Assembly (NCBI GenBank): GCA_049591475.1
Contig: JBAWEZ010000066.1
Span: 99,790 to 163,789, forward strand
From: Candidatus Acidiferrales bacterium
GTDB taxonomy: Bacteria; Acidobacteriota; Terriglobia; Acidiferrales; UBA7541
Length of the DNA stretch: 64,000 nucleotides
Reading direction: 5' to 3'
Shown here: piece by piece, positions 9,766-18,491 of the stretch
Numbering within the stretch: position 1 is the stretch's first letter
Layout: each line of letters starts with the position of its first letter
Notes under the pieces: model-generated
Told to the model about the DNA's origin: nothing
The model's database searches: none
Seen by the model: the letters and a program-made list of their open reading frames with translations, nothing else
Made by a program: the position numbers and the translations under genes

Positions 9766-11502
9766 GTGCCGAGATTCTCGCGGAGAGAGTGGATGAAGGC
9801 CGCCGCGTCGGCAGGCGCCGCATTGGCGGCTGGCTCGCTGAGCGCATGGAGCAAAGCACCTTCTGCTCTAGGGACCGTTGCAGCTAAGGACTCCGCGCAG
9901 CAAGAACATTCGCTGGCCAAAATCCAATTTTCGCTGGAGAGTCTTCCGTTTCGCTTGGATTCCGACGAAACCTTGAACTTTCCGCACGCGCCTGCAACGA
10001 TGGCCGGTGGCGTAGCCGTCTTCGATTACAACAAAGATGGCAGGCCCGATATTTTCTTCACCAACGGCGCCAATGTCGAGACGCTCAGGAAAGATTCTCC
10101 GAGGTTCTACAACCGCCTTTTTCGCAACGACGGTAAAGGTTCATTCACGGACGTAACGGAGGCGGCTGGACTCACCGGCACCGGCTATGATATTGCTGCG
10201 GCTGTCGGCGATTATGACAACGACGGCTACCCGGATCTGTTCGTCGGTGGCGTGCACGGCACCACGCTCTACCACAACAATGGGGATGGGACATTCTCCG
10301 ACGTCACTGCCAAGGCGGGCCTCGGCAGTGTCATCGATCCGCAGTACGGCCCTCTCTGGAGAGCAGCGGCCGCCTGGGTGGACGTGAACAACGACAGCCT
10401 CCTCGATCTTGTGGTGATCAATTACCTACAGTGGGACTTGAAAACCGAGAAGCTGTGTCCGTTCATGGGCGCGAATGACTACTGCAGCCCCCGCTTATAC
10501 AAAGGCCAGCCGAACCAGTTGTTTCTGAACCGCGGAGACGGAACCTTCGAAGACGCCTCGGAAAAATGGGGCCTTCGCTCTCACGTCGGCAAAGGAATGG
10601 GAGTGGGAGTTGCTGATTACGATCTCGATGGCCGCCCCGATTTATTCGTCACGAACGACACCTCCTATAATTTCCTTTTTCACAACACCGGACAAAAGTT
10701 CGAGGAAGTTGCCTTTCAGGAAGGTGTCGCACTGCAAGAAACTGGCGATTTCATCTCCGGCATGGGAGTGGATTTTCGCGACTGTAACAATGATGGCTAC
10801 CCGGACATTATCTTCGTCGCTCTGAATAATCAGACGTTTCCTCTGTTTCTGAATAAGGCCGGAAAAGGTTTCGACGAAGCTGGCTTCCAGAATGGACTGC
10901 GTGAGTTAACGCGCTCGATGTCCGGGTACGGACCCGGATTGTTTGATTTTGACAACAACGGTTGGAAGGATCTGTTCGTTTCCAGGGGGCACGTCGAAAG
11001 GATCCCGACAGCTTCTTACCAGATCGATCAATACAACACCGTGTTCCGTAATCCCGGTCCTGCAGGAAAATGGCAAGCGCTGACCGCGGAAGCCGGATTG
11101 ACGGCTTCACCACGCGCGCGCCACCGTGGCTGTGCCTTTGGAGACTTTGACGGGGACGGTCGCATCGATGTGGTCGTTACGGCGCTTGGCAGAGAACCGG
11201 AAATCTGGATGAATCGCTCGCCGAACGCCGGTCATTGGCTGGCCATCGCATTGGAGGGCACGAAGAGCAACCGCGATGGAATCGGCGCCCGTATTAAAGT
11301 GCTGACTACGCAAGGAGCACAGTTCAACCACATGACCGCGAGCGTCGGGTACGCTTCATCGAGCCACGGACCAGTGCACTTCGGCCTTGGCGGGGATCGT
11401 AGGGCGAAGCTTGTGGAGATCCATTGGCCCTCGGGCACCGTTCAGGTGCTGCACGACGTGGCCGGTGACCGAGCGCTAAACGTCAAGGAATCTGCCACCT
11501 AG
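9766..11502 (+). CDS. CRTAC1-family protein (FG-GAP/VCBS repeats + UnbV/ASPIC C-terminal domain) with Tat-type signal
   Basis: Repeated ...DYNxDGxxDLFv.N...LYxNnGDGTFxDVT... units. C-terminal HWLAIALEGTKSNRDGIGARIKV...GYASSSHGPVHFGLG (UnbV/ASPIC). The ORF is open from 9661; an in-frame GTG at 9766 gives VPRFSRREWMKAAASAGAALAAG (the twin-arginine motif SRRxWMK). Start is uncertain (9661/9766). Confidence 0.85.
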   Translation: MPRFSRREWMKAAASAGAALAAGSLSAWSKAPSALGTVAAKDSAQQEHSLAKIQFSLESLPFRLDSDETLNFPHAPATMAGGVAVFDYNKDGRPDIFFTNGANVETLRKDSPRFYNRLFRNDGKGSFTDVTEAAGLTGTGYDIAAAVGDYDNDGYPDLFVGGVHGTTLYHNNGDGTFSDVTAKAGLGSVIDPQYGPLWRAAAAWVDVNNDSLLDLVVINYLQWDLKTEKLCPFMGANDYCSPRLYKGQPNQLFLNRGDGTFEDASEKWGLRSHVGKGMGVGVADYDLDGRPDLFVTNDTSYNFLFHNTGQKFEEVAFQEGVALQETGDFISGMGVDFRDCNNDGYPDIIFVALNNQTFPLFLNKAGKGFDEAGFQNGLRELTRSMSGYGPGLFDFDNNGWKDLFVSRGHVERIPTASYQIDQYNTVFRNPGPAGKWQALTAEAGLTASPRARHRGCAFGDFDGDGRIDVVVTALGREPEIWMNRSPNAGHWLAIALEGTKSNRDGIGARIKVLTTQGAQFNHMTASVGYASSSHGPVHFGLGGDRRAKLVEIHWPSGTVQVLHDVAGDRALNVKESAT

Positions 11503-11537
11503 TGGTTGCACTTTTCATTTCAGATACAGCCAGATCC

Positions 11538-12686
11538 TCACTGACTGCCAGTGACGAGATGTTTTTGCGCCTTCGCCGCGAGTTCTTGAGTCTGCTTTTC
11601 TCTAAGTTCACGAACTTTCGCGAACTCCTTCTCAGCCGCAGCCGTATTCCCCATGAGTTGATCAATGCGACCGATTCGGAAGTGTGCGTCCGTTTGGTTG
11701 GGGTCGAGCTCGACGGCACGTCGAAGGGCCGACAGCGCCTCTGGGAATTTCTTTTGATCCATAAGAATGCTGCCGGTGTCGAGGTAGGCCAAACGGTTGC
11801 CCTTTTGCAGCTGAGCCGCCCTGCGCAACAATGGAAGGGCCTTGGCGTAATCGCCCTTCTGCATGGCAATGTCTCCGAGATATGCCAGGGCCTGAGGGTT
11901 GCCTGGGACGATCGTAAGTTCGGCGTTGAAAGCGGCAACCGCGTCATCGAATCTTTGGGCTTTCCAGAACAGATAACCCAGCGCGAAGTGCAGTTCAGGT
12001 TGACGCGGAGCAAGGCTGATCGCCTTCTGAAACTCGACGATGGCGGCCGCAGTGTTTCCTTCGCCGTCCATCGCCTCGCCGGTGAACTTGTCCACGGCCC
12101 AGGAATTCGGATTGAGCTGCTGAAGCTTTCGAAACTCCCGCAGCGCGCACGGATAATCCTTCGCTAAGAGACAACTCTGGGCAAGCGTCTGATGAAGTTC
12201 CGTATTGGCCGCATCGGATGCGGCAGCCACAGCGAGATACTTGGAAGCCTCTGCAAAGCGCTTCGCTCCATAACAGCTTAAACCCAAAAGCGTGGCTGCC
12301 TGCAGGTTGTTTGGACTGGCAGAAAGGGCCGCGCGGAGTGGTGGAATCGCGGCTTCGAAATGGCCTTGCTTGAATTCCGCAAGGCCCAAATCGATCTGAA
12401 CCCCGGGCAAGCTCGGATTCAGAGCGATCGCTTTCCGATAGGCTGAGGTGGCTTCGCCGTACTTCTGCTGCTTTGATAGAACCAGCCCTAGGCTGGCGAA
12501 GGCTGCGGCGTCGTGCGGGCTTTGCTGCGTGACCGCCTCCCACGCCTGGGCAGCCTCCACAAGCTTTCCTTGTTTCTCTAATGCCGCTGCGGAGGCCGGA
12601 GTCGCGGTTTGAGCACGCAAAGATGGCACAAGTGTCATTGCGACGGACAAAAAGGCGATGAGCCGGACATTCCTGCAACCGCTCAT
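11538..12686 (-). CDS. secreted tetratricopeptide-repeat protein, downstream partner of the TonB-dependent receptor
   Basis: 382-aa ORF. Signal peptide ...LVPSLRAQ. About 8-9 TPR units (for example AWEAVTQQSPHDAAAFASLGLVLSKQQKYGEATSAYRKAIALNP). Starts 97 nt after the receptor stop on the same strand. Confidence 0.85.
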   Translation of the reverse strand: MSGCRNVRLIAFLSVAMTLVPSLRAQTATPASAAALEKQGKLVEAAQAWEAVTQQSPHDAAAFASLGLVLSKQQKYGEATSAYRKAIALNPSLPGVQIDLGLAEFKQGHFEAAIPPLRAALSASPNNLQAATLLGLSCYGAKRFAEASKYLAVAAASDAANTELHQTLAQSCLLAKDYPCALREFRKLQQLNPNSWAVDKFTGEAMDGEGNTAAAIVEFQKAISLAPRQPELHFALGYLFWKAQRFDDAVAAFNAELTIVPGNPQALAYLGDIAMQKGDYAKALPLLRRAAQLQKGNRLAYLDTGSILMDQKKFPEALSALRRAVELDPNQTDAHFRIGRIDQLMGNTAAAEKEFAKVRELREKQTQELAAKAQKHLVTGSQ

Positions 12687-12783
12687 GTTAGATGTTGTAG
12701 CTCAGTGGGCCGAAAAAGGAAACCCCGTTGGCGCCAATTTCGACGCCAGCGGGGGTGGGTGGAAAAATGTGAAGTACAGCCCG

Positions 12784-15700
12784 TTAGAATGCGAGCTTCG
12801 CGCCGAACTGGAACTCGCGGGGAGTCCATGCCGAGTTTGTCAAGCCGAAATTGGGATCTCCGACAGTGGTGTCCACCCCGTTCATTTGCGTGTGGTTCCA
12901 GAGGTCGAACGCGTCCACGCGGACCTGGAAGTTCAGGCGCTCAGTGATGGCAAAGGTCTTGAACAGAGACATATCCCAGTTATCGCGGCCTGGCCCCCAA
13001 GCACCGTCGTGCTGCAAGTCACCGAAAGTCGCAACGCTCTCTCCCGGGAGATCGTTGATGGCAAATGAAGCAGGGTTTAACCACTGGATGGTACTCAGCC
13101 CGCTCGTCAGTTTTGCCGCGGTTTTCGGATAGCTAATGGGCCCGACCAAGTTCGGGCGAACCGCACAGTTTGGAACGGCAGCGCAAACGGTCTGACCAGT
13201 GACTCCCAGATCTATGGGTACCCCTGTCTCCATGGTCACGATCCCAGCAACCGACCATCCACCGAGCGTCCCGCTCACCAACCGGCTGGCCCCGTGGAAG
13301 AAGGGAAGATTGTAGACAAAGTTGGTGAAAAAGATGTTCTGACGGTTGTCCTGCGCAGGGCCGTAGTCGAATCTCCAGCCCGCATAAGGATTCGACACGT
13401 TGTCGAAGTCGCCGCCGTCGCCATTGTTCAACGTTGGATCGTTCGCATGCGCGAAGGTGTAAGCTCCCTGCAACGTGAGGTTACGGTACTGAGAGCGCAG
13501 CGACACCTGCAACGAGTTGTAGTTCGACCTGGCATCGTTTTGCGCCACGAGAATGCTGGAGTACCCAAGATACGGCTTGTATAGGTTGGCCAAGCCGTTA
13601 TAGCCGCCGGTGGTCGTGAAGAACGACGGCAACATGCTCTCGGGGGGCAGATTGACTTCCGTTTTTTCGCTTTCGTTGCGACCCACGTTTCCGACGTAGG
13701 CTACCGACAGAACAGTCTGACTGCTGAGCTGCTGTTGGATGCCCGCGCTGTACTGGTAGCTGGTTGGAATGTTGTAGTCATTTGAGTTGAGCATCGAGAT
13801 TGGGTTCACCGTGACTGGAAGGGTGGCTGGGCTGAAGGTCACGTTGTTCTCGTCGATGCCGACGTGAGGATCTGAAAGAGAAACGTTGGAAATAGAGGGA
13901 TTGCCGCCAAACAGGTTATTGGCGCCGGATTGATACATGTCGTTCCCTTGGATACGCTCGTAGAACATGCCAAATCCAGCGCGTAAGATGGTTTTACCCC
14001 GCCCCGTGAGGTCGTAAGCAAAGCCCACCCGCGGGGCGAAGGTGTCCCAGTGGTTCTTTACCATAGAGCCCGTTTGTTTCAGGCCGTTGTCGTAGGAGAG
14101 AAGGCCGTTCAGCGCCGGATTGGGGCCGACTGCCAAGAAGGGGTTGGCACCAGTGCAGCTCGAGTTGGGAATACCGGCTCCGGAGCAAATCTCAGTGCCG
14201 TTGGCATTGGCGAAGCCGATCCCGCTGCCAGGGGCAAAGGCCGCTGCGGCACCAGCCGCGTCCCAAAGGTTAAAGTAGAAATTCGACATCTGGTTATTGA
14301 TTTCGTCCGTGTGCGGCATACCCTCCCAGCGCAGACCAAGGTTCAGGGTCAAGCGCGAATTCACACGCCAGTTGTCTTCTGCGTAGACATCCCAAGTAAC
14401 ACTGTTCCACTGGCGCGAGTCCTCAAGGGCAGCTTCGCTATACTGACTCGACAACCCCAGCAGGTAATCGGCGAAGTCATAGCCAGTGAAGCTGCCGTTG
14501 AAAGCAAAATCTCCTTCGGGGCTATCTTGCAAGGGCTGCAGCTTGCGGAAATTGGCCCAGCCAAAGCCGAACTTGAACTGGTGCGGGCCTTTGCTCCAGG
14601 AAACATCATCAGTAATATTGTAATCGTTGGCTACGTTGTCCCACGCTCCCCAGTTGTTGCTGAAAGTCGCCCCAGTCTTGCCGCCAAGGCTGATGATGGG
14701 CAGAACGTCGGCGTTGACGGTGCCGGTGAACAGCCTATTCTGCTGGAAGCCTGATGCAGACGAAATATTCCAGATTCCGCTCGGGTCCATGTTGATGCGG
14801 TTGCCGTCATAATTGAAGGCTACCTCGTTCAGCAACGTGGGGTTGATGACGTCCGTCAAATGGACGACAGCTTGGTAGGATGGGTTACCAAAGGTGTCCG
14901 AGCTCGTCGGCAGATTCGCCGAGCTCCAGCGGGTCGGTACATCGGTCTGTGATACCTGCTCCGAGATCCAGCTCCCGAAAATGGAATAGCGGCTGTTGAA
15001 GGTGTGATCGATGCGGACGATTTCTTCCTTCACGGAGGTCGGCGCATTGGGACCGCCGACAAACTGGTCACCGAGTGTCTCCGCCGGAAAAATGCCCGCT
15101 TTCAGCAATGCTGCAGCATTGGGATTGATCAGAGCCGGATTGATCACGTTCTGCTGCCCGTTGTAGACGAATGGAACGCCGGTTGCGTCAGGTACGCCGC
15201 CGGTGCAGCCGCTGAGAGCTTGGCCTGCCGCTGCAAATTCAGCGATGACGGCATTGGACACTTTACAAGCAAAGGGAGCCTGAAGTGCTGCAAAGCCAGG
15301 CTGGAGCAGCCCGCCAAAAGCCATGGCGTCGCTGAGGTTGGCTCCGTTTGCGAGGTTGGAGTAGTCATCGGCGAAGGGAACGCTTTGTTGAATCAAGGAA
15401 CCCAGGATTTGCCGCCGCCATTCCATGTTGTAAAAGAAGAAGGTCTTCGGATTGCTAGTGTGGTGAAATTCGACCGGCCCTCCGAGATTGAAGCCCCAGA
15501 GGTTGTAGCGGTACTCCGAAACTTTCTGCGGGGCCGGGTTGAAATAATTGCGCGCATCGAAAGCGTTGTTGCGACCGAACCACCAAGCGGAGCCGTGAAG
15601 CTGCCTAGTGCCGGACTTGACGACCATGCTGGTGGTTGCGCCAGATTCCGTGCCGTATTGTGCCGTGTAATTGGAGGTCATCACGCGGAGTTGGGACAGC

Positions 15701-16389
15701 GCTTGCTCGGAGGGCATGACAATGGCTCCGGAGCCGCCGCGGTCGTCCGCCTCGCCACCATCGATCAAGAACAACTGATGAGCAACGCGCTGGCCGTTAA
15801 AGCTAATGGTATCGTCGCCGCCCATCGACGTGGGCACTTGAACGTCGGCGTTATCGGCGGAGGCGCCTGGCACCAAGGTAACCAGGTTATATAGGCTCTG
15901 CCCGCTTTCCTGAAGGGCTTCAATCTGCTTGCCGGTGATCAAGGTACTGATTTCGTTGCTATCGGATTGGACTGCGATAGTGTTCGCGTGAACGGTAACT
16001 TCTTGCGTCGCGGCACCAATCTGAAGCTGGAAGTCCACGCGTCGGCGGGCGCCGACTTCGAGCACGATATTGCTTTGCTCGATAGCTTTGAAACTCGGCG
16101 CTGTAGCCTGCACAGTGTACTCGCCAATATGAAGCGAAGGAGCCACATAGTCGCCAGAGCTATCCGTCACCATATGAGTCACCAACCCTGTATCGACATT
16201 GGTGATGGTGATGGCGGCATTGGGAACTGCCGCACCGGAGGGATCAGTTACCGTGCCGACTATCGTCGCTTCTTGCGCGCTTGCCAAGAGCGGCAGGCCG
16301 AACAACAGCACGGCCAGCCCAAGTAAGCGAAGGATCCAGTTCCGGTTGATGTGATTATCGACCGACCGCAACAAACCATAGGCCTTCAT
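12784..16389 (-). CDS. TonB-dependent receptor with N-terminal carboxypeptidase-regulatory-like domain
   Basis: 1201-aa ORF with a GAAGGAGG RBS. Signal peptide ...LPLLASAQ. Ig-like domain ATIVGTVTDPSGAAVPNAAITITNVDTGL, then a plug region and a long beta-barrel ending in ...FQFGAKLAF (terminal aromatic). Confidence 0.9.
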   Translation of the reverse strand: MKAYGLLRSVDNHINRNWILRLLGLAVLLFGLPLLASAQEATIVGTVTDPSGAAVPNAAITITNVDTGLVTHMVTDSSGDYVAPSLHIGEYTVQATAPSFKAIEQSNIVLEVGARRRVDFQLQIGAATQEVTVHANTIAVQSDSNEISTLITGKQIEALQESGQSLYNLVTLVPGASADNADVQVPTSMGGDDTISFNGQRVAHQLFLIDGGEADDRGGSGAIVMPSEQALSQLRVMTSNYTAQYGTESGATTSMVVKSGTRQLHGSAWWFGRNNAFDARNYFNPAPQKVSEYRYNLWGFNLGGPVEFHHTSNPKTFFFYNMEWRRQILGSLIQQSVPFADDYSNLANGANLSDAMAFGGLLQPGFAALQAPFACKVSNAVIAEFAAAGQALSGCTGGVPDATGVPFVYNGQQNVINPALINPNAAALLKAGIFPAETLGDQFVGGPNAPTSVKEEIVRIDHTFNSRYSIFGSWISEQVSQTDVPTRWSSANLPTSSDTFGNPSYQAVVHLTDVINPTLLNEVAFNYDGNRINMDPSGIWNISSASGFQQNRLFTGTVNADVLPIISLGGKTGATFSNNWGAWDNVANDYNITDDVSWSKGPHQFKFGFGWANFRKLQPLQDSPEGDFAFNGSFTGYDFADYLLGLSSQYSEAALEDSRQWNSVTWDVYAEDNWRVNSRLTLNLGLRWEGMPHTDEINNQMSNFYFNLWDAAGAAAAFAPGSGIGFANANGTEICSGAGIPNSSCTGANPFLAVGPNPALNGLLSYDNGLKQTGSMVKNHWDTFAPRVGFAYDLTGRGKTILRAGFGMFYERIQGNDMYQSGANNLFGGNPSISNVSLSDPHVGIDENNVTFSPATLPVTVNPISMLNSNDYNIPTSYQYSAGIQQQLSSQTVLSVAYVGNVGRNESEKTEVNLPPESMLPSFFTTTGGYNGLANLYKPYLGYSSILVAQNDARSNYNSLQVSLRSQYRNLTLQGAYTFAHANDPTLNNGDGGDFDNVSNPYAGWRFDYGPAQDNRQNIFFTNFVYNLPFFHGASRLVSGTLGGWSVAGIVTMETGVPIDLGVTGQTVCAAVPNCAVRPNLVGPISYPKTAAKLTSGLSTIQWLNPASFAINDLPGESVATFGDLQHDGAWGPGRDNWDMSLFKTFAITERLNFQVRVDAFDLWNHTQMNGVDTTVGDPNFGLTNSAWTPREFQFGAKLAF

Positions 16390-16762
16390 GACGCCTCCTT
16401 CGGCTTTTCACAAGTCCGTAACCATCCGCCCATATATCCCGCGGCGCTAATACCCCGCCCCAGAAACTCAGCGCCCGCATTGGCGGTTACCTAGATGCGT
16501 TGATCCATTGCTGCTGGATTCTCCCTCGGATCGCTGACAACCGAAATCACCCCAATGCGTGCCATCGACTACACACAACTCAGCACGAAAACCAATCCGG
16601 CGACCGAAAAGGCATCGGCGTCACACGCTTGAGCACCGACTGTCCGCCAATCCGTGAGATTTAATACGACCCGTGAACTATCAGAAAAACAGGGCCACCA
16701 GGTACCAATTGCAATTACCCGAAATGACCGAGCCCCGCTTGCCCCCAAGTAAAATTCCCACC

Positions 16763-16778
16763 GCCGTTAACGTACACG
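16763..16778 (-). promoter_or_regulatory. operator-like imperfect palindrome, site 2 (TonB-dependent receptor promoter)
   Basis: The minus strand reads CGTGTACGTTAACGGC, identical to 3102-3117 and in the same orientation relative to the downstream gene. It overlaps the predicted -10 hexamer TACGTT. Confidence 0.45.
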
Positions 16779-16796
16779 AGGTTACAGGATTGTCAA
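16769..16796 (-). promoter_or_regulatory. sigma70-like promoter candidate for the TonB-dependent receptor/TPR operon
   Basis: The minus strand reads TTGACA (16796-16791), a 16-nt spacer, then TACGTT (16774-16769). This is a pattern match only. It would imply a ~370-nt leader. Confidence 0.3.
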
Positions 16797-16961
16797 GCGT
16801 TTTCTTGGAATTCTATCGAGGCGATTCAAATAGTGCGCTTGAAATAGAAAGATCCGCAATATAGATTGGGTCAATGGGCTTTCCCGCTGAGGTGATTTTG
16901 GGACGCCGAGATCTCGCTCCGGGGGGCAGGAGAGAGAATTGATTCACAAGAACCGAGAAAG

Positions 16962-18062
16962 CTAGGCAGCGCCGTCGTTGCGGCCAAGTGTGTCGGGCAA
17001 ACTCGTATCGGCGAGCCTAATCTCCCGAAAAAGATGCAGGTTGGATGACATCACCACTCCTGGACTGAGGTGCAGGGCGGGCGGAAAGCTCACTTTGCCG
17101 GTGAGATTGTCTGCCATCAAACGCACCGCAATCTGGCCCTGGCGATGGGGATGCTGGTAAATAGACGCGGCGATTGTTCCTTTTTTGAAGTACGGCGACA
17201 TTTCGAGAAACAGGTCCGTTGTAATCAGTTTTACTTTCCCGCTGAGCTTCCGAGCACCGAGCGCCCGGCACACCGGCAAACAGTTCACGGTGTTGACGTA
17301 GATGCCAGCAAGGCTAGGAATGCGGCGAAGCAAATCGAAGGTTTTCTGAAAGCTCTCGTCTTCTTCTTCGTGCCCTTCGATGACCGCCGCGATTTTTCCG
17401 CCCATGCAGTGCTTTGGAAACGCCTTCGAGAAACCGTCCGTTTTCTTGCGGTGGTCTTCGGCAGTCAGCATGCCCGCCACGATGGCCACTTTTGAGCCCG
17501 CCGGGACGAATTTCCCCATCAGTTCACCTGCCAAGCATCCGTTGAGGTACGGTTCGACGCAGACAACGCTGGAACGCCGGCTTTCCGGTGCATCCGTCGA
17601 GACGCAGAGGACGCGGATCCCCTTCGCTTCGGCGTCATCGATCAGATGCTTCAATTCTTTAGGATTGCCCGCCGTCAGAATGATCCCATTGACGCCCTGA
17701 TCGGCGAGTTGCCTGAAGGCCTCAGTGTCCCCCTCACCAAGCGCATGAACCGGACGGTGCACGAAATCAACGCCGAGCTGCGAAACCTGCTTCGCCTCTT
17801 CAAGAACGCCGCTCCAGAGTTGGTCATAGAAGAAATGAATCTCACGCGGGATGCACACGCCGATGCGTGCCCCCGCGCGCGTCACCGACAGGGTTCGCGC
17901 CGCCAAATTCGGCGTGTAGCCAATCTGCCGCGCGATCTGCAAGATGCGCTCGCGCGTTTTCTCCTTGATTCCGCCGCGCCCATGTAGCGCGCGATCAACG
18001 GTGCCAATGGAAACATTGGCAATTTGCGCGATCAGATGGATTCCGCGATGCTGCTTGGGCAT
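16962..18062 (-). CDS. LacI-family transcriptional regulator
   Basis: HTH IHLIAQIANVSIGTVDRALHGRGGIKEKTRERILQIARQIGYTPN, followed by a periplasmic-binding-protein-like sugar-binding core. The ORF is open to 18215, but ATG 18062 (MPKQHRG...) puts the HTH at the usual position. That start also leaves the operator-like site at 18148-18163 upstream of the CDS. ATG 18125 is the alternative. Confidence 0.85.
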   Translation of the reverse strand: MPKQHRGIHLIAQIANVSIGTVDRALHGRGGIKEKTRERILQIARQIGYTPNLAARTLSVTRAGARIGVCIPREIHFFYDQLWSGVLEEAKQVSQLGVDFVHRPVHALGEGDTEAFRQLADQGVNGIILTAGNPKELKHLIDDAEAKGIRVLCVSTDAPESRRSSVVCVEPYLNGCLAGELMGKFVPAGSKVAIVAGMLTAEDHRKKTDGFSKAFPKHCMGGKIAAVIEGHEEEDESFQKTFDLLRRIPSLAGIYVNTVNCLPVCRALGARKLSGKVKLITTDLFLEMSPYFKKGTIAASIYQHPHRQGQIAVRLMADNLTGKVSFPPALHLSPGVVMSSNLHLFREIRLADTSLPDTLGRNDGAA

Positions 18063-18147
18063 ATTGGCCGTTCCGAAGTCGGCGCTTATGTTATTCCTAT
18101 CCTGGATTTTTGTCGTGTGTTTCATTTGGGCGTAGAACGCGCATCCG

Positions 18148-18163
18148 CCGTGTACGATAACGA
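18148..18163 (+). promoter_or_regulatory. operator-like imperfect palindrome, site 3 (upstream of the LacI gene, candidate autoregulation)
   Basis: CCGTGTACGATAACGA, 14/16 identical to site 1. It lies 86 nt upstream of ATG 18062 of the LacI-family gene. Confidence 0.4.
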
Positions 18164-18491
18164 TAAAATGCTCCCAGGATTGAGCGCCGTCTTGAGCTGC
18201 ATCACAGGAAACCATCAGGCGAGCATATGACCAGAGAGAAACGGGGCCGCGAAACGTGCGAGCTGCGGCAACCCACTCGCGGTACTCTTGCCGTTGCTTA
18301 TCGACCTAATTTAACTGGGAGCCACGCCCAAAGCGGCCTGGGTCTGGTGACACGCCAACGCGCTGTGCCAAGCCGGGCGTTCGATGGCTGCTTCTCGAAC
18401 TCCGTGCATTCAACTCTCAATTGACGTACGATGACTTTGCTGCTTTTGCTGTGCCGCCCCTCTTACTCGTTCGCGACGGAGGGATCCTCAG

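Noticed and set aside
14050-15894. 234-aa and 296-aa plus-strand ORFs inside the TonB-dependent receptor gene
   Set aside because: They are antisense to a 1201-aa ORF with unmistakable receptor features. No motifs; a GC-driven open frame.
16707-16716. Perfect 10-bp palindrome AATTGCAATT in the receptor upstream region
   Set aside because: 10-bp palindromes are expected dozens of times per 64 kb. There is no recurrence near other genes.
16791-16808. Shared 10-mer CAAGAAAACG between the receptor -35 region and the araD leader palindrome, as evidence of a common regulator
   Set aside because: A shared 10-mer among ~6 kb of intergenic DNA is expected many times by chance. It is mentioned only as context.
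16673-16864. 63-aa plus-strand ORF in the receptor upstream spacer, and the 88-aa ORF at 5636-5902
   Set aside because: No RBS. They overlap promoter or neighbouring gene ends, and neither has a recognisable family.
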